Assembly: GCF_963921235.1 (NCBI RefSeq)
Contig: NC_086097.1
Location: 81,160,001-81,224,000, forward strand
Reading direction: 5' to 3'
Source: Mobula hypostoma
Taxonomy: Eukaryota
DNA: 64,000 nt
Part shown: piece after piece, positions 37,900 to 47,093 of the stretch
How positions within the stretch are numbered: position 1 is the stretch's first letter
Layout of the letters: each line of letters opens with the position of its first letter
Notes under the pieces: model-generated
Database searches by the model: none
What the model was told of the DNA's origin: nothing
The model's input: the letters and a program-made list of their open reading frames with translations, nothing else
Program-made: the position numbers and the translations under genes

Positions 37900-38610
37900 A
37901 TATTACATTGAAATGTAGGAAATAGGAGTTATTCAGACATGCTCCAACATTCAAAATTATTATTATCCATTTGAGTACCCTGTTCACACCCCCACATCCC
38001 TTGATCGGTTCAGGATTAAGAGATATATCTACCTCATTTTTAAAAAGTATTTCATGACTTACCTCTGCTGCCTTCTGTGGTAGAGAAATCTACAGGATCA
38101 TCACTCCAATAAGAGATTTCTCCTGATTTCAGTTTCAAATTATCTCCTCAAAATTCAAGGCTTTGGGAGCTAGTTCTGCTGTGGTGAACATCCTTCCTAC
38201 ATCTAGTCTGTCTCGTGTGGAATTCTATATGCGTCAATGATATCACTTGCATTTTCTAACAGTGAATATAAGCCTGTTTGAACAAATCTCTCTTTATCAG
38301 ACCTGCCGTTCAAGAAATCCATTGAGTAAACATTTATTGCTGGACTTCCATGGTAAGAACATCTTACCTCATATTTCTGCACATATTTTCGAAGTGTGCA
38401 GAAAAATTCACAATATGCTGCCAGGACTCAAGGGACAAGTTGGATAGGTAAGGATAGTATTTTTTTTCTCTTGGAGCATAGAAAACTGTGAGGTGATGAG
38501 ATTGAGTCAATAAAATCATGAGTATCACAGATAGAATGAATGCATTTAGCCCTATCCTGGAGTTGCGGAATGAAGAACTGGAGACAGAGGTTCAGGGTGA
38601 GAGTTGAAAT
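37900..38610. mobile_element. Two heavily decayed CR1 3' fragments (minus, then plus)
   Basis: ctgccttctgtggtagagaaatctacag (minus-type) and ttggagcatagaaaactgtgaggtga...gaactggagacagaggttcagggtgag (plus-type) resemble CR1 3' regions elsewhere in the window. Confidence 0.5.
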
Positions 38611-38611
38611 G

Positions 38612-41340
38612 ACTTCCTCATCAGGAGACCATAGTCAGTGTGGATCAGAAATAACATCTCCTCCTCACTGACAATCAACACAGGCACACCTCAAGGATGT
38701 GTGCTTAGCCCACTGTTCCACTCTTTCTGCACTCATGAGTATGTGGATCGGCACAGCCAAACACCATCTATAAATTTGCCGATGTCACAACTGTCATTAG
38801 TAGAATCGCAGATGGTGACAAGGAGGTGTAAAGGAGTGAGATAGATCAGCTGGTTGAGTGGTGTTGCAACAACTACCTTACACCCAACATCAGCAAGGCC
38901 AAAGAAATTGATTGTGGACTTCAGATAGGGAAAGTAAGAGAACACACACAAGTCCTAATTGATGGGTCAGTGGTGGAAAGGGTGAACGGTTTCAAGTTGC
39001 TGGGTGTCAACATCTCTGAAGATCTATCCTGGGCCCAATATATTGATGCAATTACGAAGAACTGCTGTCAGCAGCTATATTTCATTAGGAGTGTGAGATT
39101 TGGTATAGCACCAAAGACTCTATCAAATTTCTACAGATGTAATATGTAGAGTATTCTAACTGGCTATACCACTGTCTGGTATAGAGGGGCCATTGCACAG
39201 GATTGGAAAAATCTGAAGAGAGTGCAAACTCAGACAGCCCCGTCTTGGGCACTAGACTCCCCAGCACTGAGGACATCTTCAAAAAGGGACTTGATGACGG
39301 TGAGGCCAATATGAGTGAGGTTGATGTTCTGGAGCATGTTGATATTAAGGGAGAGGAGGTGTTGGAGTTGTTAAAGTACATTAGGACGGATAAGTCCCCG
39401 GGGCCTGACGGAATATTCCCCAGGCTGCTCCACGAGGCGAGGGAAGAGATTACTGAGCCTCTGGCTAGGATCTTTATGTCCTTGTTGTCTATGGGAATGG
39501 TACCAGAGGATTGGAAGGAGGCGAATGTTGTCCCCTTGTTCAAAAAAGGTAGTAGGGATAGTCCGGGTAATTATCGACCAGTGAGCCTTACGTCTGTGGT
39601 GGGAAAGCTGTTGGAAAAGGATCTATAGGCATTTAGCGAATCATGGTCTGATCAGGGACAGTCAGCATGGCTTTGTGAAGGGCAGATCATGTCTAACAAG
39701 CCTGATAGAGTTCTTTGAGGAGGTGATCAGGCATATAGATGAGGGTAGTGCAGTGGATGTGATCTATATGGATTTTAGTAAGGCATTTGACAAGGTTCCA
39801 CTCAGTAGGCTTATTCAGAAAGTTAGAAGGCATGGGATCCAGGGAAGTTTGGCCAGGTGGATTCAGAATTAGCTTGCCTGCAGAAGGCAGAGGGTCGTGG
39901 TGGAGGGAGTACATTTGGATTGGAGGGTTGTGACAAATGGTGTCCCACAAGCATCGGTTCTGGGACCTCTACTTCTCATGATTTTTATTAACGACCTGGA
40001 TGTGGGCGCAGAAGGGTGGGTTGGCAAGTTTGCAGACGACACAAATGTTGGTGGTGTTGTAGATAGTGTAGAGGATTGTCGAAGATTGCAGAGAGACATT
40101 GATAGGATGCAGAAGTGGGCTGAGAAGTGGCAGATGGAGTTCAACCCGGAGAAGTGTGAGGTGGTACACTTTGGAAGGACAACTCCAAGGCAGAGTACAA
40201 ATGGCAGGATACTTGGTAGTGTGGAGGAGCAGAGGGATCTGGGGGTACATGTCCACAGATCCCTGAAAGTTGCCTCACAGGTAGATAGGGTTGTTACGAA
40301 AGCTTATGGAGTGTTAGCTTTCATAAGTAGAGGGATAGAGTTTAAGAGTCACGGGGTAATGATGCAGCTCTATAAAACTCTGGTTAGGCCACACTTGGAG
40401 TACTGTGTCCAGTTCTGGTTGCCTCAGTATAGGAAGGATGTGGAAGCATTGGAAAGGGTACAGAGGAGATTTACCATGATTTTGCCTGGTTTAGAGAGTA
40501 TGGATTATGATCAGAGATTAAGGGAGCTAGGGCTTTACTCTTTGGAGAGGAGGAGGATGAGAGGAGACATGATCGAGGTATACAAGATATTAAGAGGAAT
40601 AGATAGAGTGGACAGCCAGCGCCTCTTCCCCAGGGCACCACTGCTCAGTACATGAGGACATGGCTTTAAGGTAAGGGGTGGGAAGTTCAAGAGGGATATT
40701 AGAGGAAGGTTTTTTACTCAGAGAGTGGTTGGTGCGTGGAATGCACTGCCTGAGTCAGTGGTGGAGGCAGATACACTAGTGAAATTTCAGAGACTGCTTG
40801 ACAGGTATATGGAGGAATTTAAGGTGGGGGCTTATATGGGAGGTAGGGTTTAAGGGTCGGCACAACATTGTGGGCTGAAGGGCCTGCACTGTGCTGTCCT
40901 ATTCTATGTTCTATGTTCAAAAAGGCAGCATCCATCTTTAAGGACCCCCATCACCCACAGAATGCTGTCTTCTCATGCTACCATCAGGGAGGAGCCTGAA
41001 GACGCATATTCAATGTTTTAGGAATAGATTCTTCCCCTCCACCATCAGATTTTAAAATGGACAATGAACCACCCCACGAACCTCATTATATTTGCTCTCT
41101 CTGCACTCATTAGCACATGGAGTACAGAAGAGTACACAGCACAGGAACGAGCCCTTCAGCCCATTCTGTTCTACAAATCCAATTAAATTAGTAATCAAAT
41201 GTGTAACTAAACTAATCTCTCATTTAATCTTTAACATACATTTCTTATTGCAATTTATAGTACTTTTTATGTATTGCTCTACACTGCTGAAGCAAAATAA
41301 CAATTTTCATGCCATATGTCAGTGACATTAAACCCGACTC
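38612..41340 (+). mobile_element. Rex1/Babar-type LINE, degraded, interrupted by CR1 at 39288-40917
   Basis: ISSSLTINTGTPQGCVLSPLF, KFAD-like aaatttgccgatg and KELIVDFR-like segment; resumes at 40918 with aaaaaggcagcatccatc...aaggaccccc. Confidence 0.85.
39288..40917 (+). mobile_element. CR1 LINE, 5'-truncated, young subfamily
   Basis: KSPGPDGIFPRLL, NYRPVSLTSVVGKLLE, YMDFSKAFDKV, KFADDT, LVRPHLEYC in three broken ORFs; tail attctatgttctatgttc. Confidence 0.95.
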
Positions 41341-44185
41341 TGCTCAATTTCAGCGTTTCTTGTAACATTCTCAATCCATTTTGCTAAATGGACACATATA
41401 ATAAATTACTTGCATTCTCAAAACAATTCAGCTCCAACTGAGAGCAAAGTACATGACGTTTATAGACCACTGCAGTAATGTTGCCCTAACAGTTTCAAAG
41501 ATTTCTTCTTCCACTGCACTAAACAAGCGGCTTTTATTAAATCGCCAGGCTTTCAAGCAGCCAATTGGCTGTAAGCAGTTCAAACACTTCAACACAAAGG
41601 GCTACAGCTTGAAGTGCTTTATCAATGTTGCATTATGGATATTGGTTTGCAATACACTTTTCAATGCCAGAGCTGAAATACAGAATTATTCTGATTGTGT
41701 TTAGGACCATCAACTACATTAAATCAGTGCAGCAATCATGGAGTTCTCCACCCGAGAGTTTCTAAGTAGTTCATATTCAAGTTAAAAACAAAGAAATTAT
41801 GGATCAGTCTTAATGAAAAGTTGTTGCCTCTGTTTCTCTCTCTATAGATGCTACATGACTTAAAGAGCATTGACTGTATTGTGTGTTTTATTCCACATTC
41901 AAATATTCAACTAATTATATGCATTGCATCAGTTTCTTTTTTTAAATTAAAAATATAACACATTTCTTGGGCAGTTGAATGGAGATCTGGAAATTTTCTA
42001 GTTGCTATCAACTGTAACCAAGCATTTTTCTCTCTGTATTGCAGCTTTTCGCATTACCAATTTAAGATTCAACTCACAAGTAATATTCTCACTGGATTTC
42101 AAGGTCATATACTCAAGGTCATGGACTCAATGACCATTCATCTTCATCTTACTCAAATTCACTTATCCAAGCACATAATCCAATCTAATTATTATTCATT
42201 ACAGCACTAAAGGAATGCTGTATAGTCAGGGATACCATCCAATGCTACAAATGAATTAAAATAAATTATGAGCCCCTTGCACTGAGGCACGAAATCAGAA
42301 GAGATGGTTCCTGATGTATGTATGGTATTCCTTTTCCTTCACCAACTCATTATTGTCTGAAGGAATGTAATTCTTTAATCTTTTGGAAGCACACAGGTGC
42401 ATTATTTATCACATGGAATCATGATGTACTACAGAAAAATAACACTGGCATATCACTGGCAAAAGTGAAAAGGTCACAGAACATTTCTCCCCTCTAATTG
42501 ATATGATGCATTCAGGGAGGGCTGGCTGCTTTGATCTTCCTTGTCATACAGGGATTTCAGCAAACAATTTTGGCAGTGATCCTTTCTTTACAAACCTAAT
42601 TTATGCAAAGGGTCTCATTTTTGCCAGTATAAATCTCAGAAGACCCATTGCTTTTGTTAGATGTCAGGATTTTCAAAAGCTGCAGTGCATAGCACATCAG
42701 TTCAGTCTGCAAATGCTTGAATGTACTCTATGTAATTCTTTTTTGTTAGATGCACAACCTTCAGATTGCTCAGTCATTAATGTTCCAACTCTTTTCATGT
42801 GAAGAATTTAAAGCAACAACCCCTAGATGAGAACATTAGCAGGAAATAAAAGGATTGAAATTAGCAATCCTCATGAACAGTGCTAAAAATAGCACGGCTG
42901 AATCTGTTGCCCCACATGGATTCCAATTTAGCCTCATTGACAGAACTGAATTTGGGCTCAAGCCATTCGAGTTTGTAAAATGCAGCTGAAGGAAGTTGTT
43001 CTTCATGCACTGCTGACAGTTTCCTTGATCAACTACATGATTTCCATTGCAACACAGCAACCTATCTGCATCTCCTTTCCTCTTGTTTCTTGTTCCGCAC
43101 TTGACACGCATTTCAGCATACAAAAGAGAATGGAAGCAGATTTTGCAACTCATACAAGATACATCAGATCTGTTGACAAATAATGTTTAACTAACATTGA
43201 ATATGCTTGTCTATAAAGAATGAGAATAGTTTTAGCTGGGTCCCATACTTTCACTCTCCTGCCACCAACCAAGCAACAATTGCAAACACAAAAGACTGCA
43301 GATGTAGAGCAACCCACAAGATGTCGGAGGAACTCAATGAGCCACAAGCATCTATGGAGGGAAATGGAGAGTCAATATTTCAGGTTGAGATTCTTCAGCT
43401 GGACAGCCACCAGAGATACACACTAATCAGAATTAGAAGTGTAAAGGTATTGTGGAAAGGTATAAAGCTAGAAGTCTGAAACAAGAGAAAAAAAGCACAG
43501 TAGATGTTTGAGAACAAAGATAAGAAATTTGAAGTTGTCCCATATCAACAGCTAAAAATGGTTTACTGAGCTAATGGCTTAATGAAGTGATGTGTGTTAG
43601 AAAATGAGCAGTGGAATTTTGGATGAGGACAAATTTCTGAAAGCGGAGAGTCTGATTGAAGGTAAATTGGAACAGAGCTAACACAGCTTTGGGTTCAGGA
43701 GCAAATTGAAGCATTGATAGAAACAGTAATATTTTAGAGGTGTTGGTCGTAGGCTAGGTATTTGGTTACAGGCTAACTGCAGGATTAGATGCCACAAAAA
43801 GGATACCATTGGAAGCTAGAGAATGGAGTGCTCAATAGGGACCAAAGACAATCTTTACAGACTTGCTAAAGCTGAGCATGAAAAAAATGATTCATCACGA
43901 ACCAGATAAGAATTGTGAAACTTGGACAGTAGAGTGATTTGAGATTGGTGGACAGGCAGAGCTGAGCAGCATCAGTATCTTCGTGGACCCCCGAAGAGGC
44001 GTTTGTAGAAGACATAGACAGAGAAATTTTGGGAAATTTTAAAGAGCACAGTAGACAGAGGAGAATAGATAATTGTCATATAATTGGATCTCCAGAAGCT
44101 GTTTGATGAGGTGCTGCATAAAGGACTTATCCATAAGATAAGGACGAATGGACCTGGTGGTGTTGTGTTAGTATGGAGGGAGGAT

Positions 44186-45349
44186 CTGGACAACAAAGAC
44201 ACATACATCAGGATGCTCTTTATCGATTACAGCCAGCATTTAATACCATTGTATCCTCAAAACTAATTAGTAAACTCCACAACCTGGGCCTCAATACCCC
44301 CTGTGCAATTGGATCCTAGATTTTGTCACTTGCAGACTCCAGTCAGTTCCGATTGGCAAAAACATCTCTTCACAATCTCCATCAACACAGGAGCACCAGA
44401 GGGATTTGTACTTAGCCCCCTGCTCTATTTATTTTATACCTATGACTGTGTGACTAAGTACCGCTCCAACACCAGATACAAGTTTGCTAATGACACCACT
44501 TTGTGGGCTACATCAAAGGGGGTGATGAATCAGCATACAAGAGGGAGACTGAAAATTTGGCCAAGTGGTGTAATAACAACAACCTCTCAGTCAATGTCAA
44601 TAACATCAAGGAACTGATAGTAGACTTCAGGAGAGATAATAATCATCAGGTGATCAGAGGTGGAGAGGATCAGTAACTTTAAATCCTAGGTATCACTATC
44701 TTAGAGGACCCGTCCCGGACCCATTATATAAATATAATTGCAAAGAAAGCATGACAGTGCCTCTACTTCCTCAGGAGTCTGTGGAGATTCAGCATGTGAT
44801 CAAAAACCTTGGCAAACTCTATAGAAGTTTGGTGGAAAATGTGCTGACTGGCTGCATTATGGCCTAGTATGCAAACACCAATGCCTTTGAATGGAAAATC
44901 CTACAAAAGGTAGTGGATTTGGCTCAGTATATCACGAGTAACACCTCCAACCACACGCCCCTCCCAACCATTGAGCATGTCTATATAAAACATTGCCATA
45001 GAAAAGCAGCATCCATCATTACAGATCCTCATCACCCAGGCCATGCTCTTTTCTCACTGACGACATCGGGTAGAAAGTTCAAGAAAAATAACTACCCCTC
45101 AACCGTCAAACTCTTGAACAAAAGGGAATAACTACACTTATTTAAGGACGCTATTATTTTGTTATTTCATGTTCGTTATTTATTGCTATTTATTTATTAT
45201 CTACATTTGCACAGTTTGTTTGCAGTTTACAGATCCTGCTTACAGTTATTGTTCTATAGATTTGCTAAGTATGCCCACAGAAAAAGAAGCTCAGGTTTGT
45301 ACGTGGTGACATATATGTACTCTGATAATAATACATTTTACTTTACTTT
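44186..45349 (+). mobile_element. Rex1/Babar-type LINE, 5'-truncated, nested in CR1
   Basis: LDNKDTYIRMLFIDYS, ISINTGAPEGFVLSPLLY, YKFANDTT, KAASIITDPHHPGHALFSL; tail tactctgataataa..tttactttactttg. Confidence 0.9.
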
Positions 45350-45878
45350 GATTGGTCAACCAATAGAAGGCAGAGAGTTAGGATAAATAGGTGTTTTGCT
45401 GGTTGACAGTGAGTGGTGAGTGGTGAGTGGATACTGCAGGGCTCAGTGTCCAGCCTGCAACTGTTTATAATATATTAATGATTTGGAAGAGGGGAAGAAG
45501 TGGTTAATTGAGTGGGCAAGGGTCTGGTAAATGGAGTAGGATATTGGTAAATGTGAGGTCACCATTTTGGAAGTAAAAATAAAGATCAAACTATTATTTA
45601 AATAGTGCAAGATGACAGCATGTTATTGTGCAGAGGGACTTGGGAGTACTTGTGAATGGATCACAGAAAGTTGGTTTGTAGGTACAACAGATTATCAAGA
45701 AGGCAAATGGAATGCTGGCCTTCATTGCTAGAAGAATTGAATTGAGGAGCTCAGAGGTTACGCTGCAACTGTACAGGGTACTGGTGTGGTGGCGCCTGGA
45801 GTACTGCATGTAGTTCTGTTCTCCTTACTTGAGGAAAGATGTACTGACTTCGAAGGTGCTGCAGCGGAGGTTCACCAG

Positions 45879-46107
45879 TGTGGTAAACCATGTATATATG
45901 TTGTATCTCTGTTACCTGTCTGGACACACCCCTCTGCTGACTGCCCCTGTGGCTCCTCCCACAGAGTCCTGTATAAATGTGTTCGCCTTGCCCCTCCCCC
46001 TCAGTCCGGGGGCAGACACTCACTGTGGAGGTCGTATTGTACAGCGAATAAAAGCCTTTCAGTATTTTACCAAACCTCAGTCTTTTGGAGTAATTGAAGG
46101 TGCTTCA
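45879..46107 (+). repeat. 5' LTR
   Basis: TGTGGTAAACC...GGTGCTTCA; TATAAA 45972-45977, Inr-like TCAGTC 46001-46006, AATAAA 46047-46052. Confidence 0.97.
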
Positions 46108-46108
46108 A

Positions 46109-46124
46109 TTTTATTCGCTGTACA
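46109..46124 (+). promoter_or_regulatory. Putative self-complementary primer-binding site
   Basis: TTTTATTCGCTGTACA lies one base after the LTR end and is the exact reverse complement of LTR 46038-46053; no TGG-type tRNA PBS is present. Confidence 0.75.
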
Positions 46125-46133
46125 TTTTAAAAC

Positions 46134-47093
46134 ATGGAACAGACCCTGAGACCAGAAAAATTAGACCTCAATCCACAAACACCCGAAGCTGGAAACGCTT
46201 TCGAACTCTGGCTGGCCTGCTTCGAAGCGTATCTAGAGGAGATTAAAGCGACCGACCCTGTAGCGAAGTGCAGAGTTCTACTCTCCAGGGTCAGTCCACG
46301 GGTCAATTCGCTGATCAGAGACCAACCGAACTACGACGGCGCGATGAACACACTCAAAAGACAATACCTGCGGCCGATAAACAGCATCTATGCTCAGCAT
46401 CGCTTAGCGACACGGCAACAACGGTCTGGGGAATCGAGTGCTGAGTTTGTCCGGGCCCTACAGACACTCGTGCGGGTCTGCAATTGCCAGGAGCTGACAG
46501 CGGCGCAGCATGCAGAACTCCTAGTGAGGGACGCCTTCGTCACGGGGACTAGGTCAGTGTACGTGCACCAGCGGCTGCTGGAAAAAGCCGATCTTACCCT
46601 AAGTTCGGCGATCGAGCTGGCTGATACGTTGGAGGCTGCTCTGCATAACTCCGAGGCTCTCCAGGCACGCGATCCCCCGATGGCCTCGTGGGCGCCGCAG
46701 ACCCCGCAACCTGCCGGCGAATCGACCTCGGCTGCCGCCAGTCGTGAGTCCGCGAAGTGCTACTTCTGCGGACTGGAGAAGCACCCCCGGAAACACTGCC
46801 CGGCCCGACAAGCTACCTGCTCCAGCTGCGGAAAGAAGGGCCACTTCGCCAAGGTCTGTAAGTCAAAACCGCGAGCGCGATCGAGCAGCGCCGCGTGCAA
46901 GTCGTGGGGGTCGCCATCTTCCCTGCACACTGCCACCACGTGCGAGACATGGGGGCGGCCATCTTGCCTGCCGCCATCTTCCCTGCACGCCACCACCACA
47001 TGCGAGACATGGGGGTGGCCATCTTGGTCGGCGCCACCTCCCACCGCCTACGACCAACGGGTGCTCACGGGGCACCCCACCACGCCGGACTAA
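46134..47093 (+). CDS. gag: Gag (capsid-like region + two zinc knuckles)
   Basis: 319-aa ORF with CYFCGLEKHPRKHC-PARQAT-CSSCGKKGHFAKVC. The TAA at 47091 is in frame with the protease, so it is probably a nonsense mutation in a single gag-pol ORF. Confidence 0.88.
   Translation: MEQTLRPEKLDLNPQTPEAGNAFELWLACFEAYLEEIKATDPVAKCRVLLSRVSPRVNSLIRDQPNYDGAMNTLKRQYLRPINSIYAQHRLATRQQRSGESSAEFVRALQTLVRVCNCQELTAAQHAELLVRDAFVTGTRSVYVHQRLLEKADLTLSSAIELADTLEAALHNSEALQARDPPMASWAPQTPQPAGESTSAAASRESAKCYFCGLEKHPRKHCPARQATCSSCGKKGHFAKVCKSKPRARSSSAACKSWGSPSSLHTATTCETWGRPSCLPPSSLHATTTCETWGWPSWSAPPPTAYDQRVLTGHPTTPD

Noticed and set aside
39203..39628. Novel chimeric protein ORF
   Set aside because: Chance in-frame fusion across the Rex1/CR1 insertion junction; no promoter or true start.
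47091..47093. Programmed gag-pol stop read-through
   Set aside because: TAA is one transition from CAA and this copy has other nonsense and frameshift lesions; it cannot be distinguished from decay without the family consensus.
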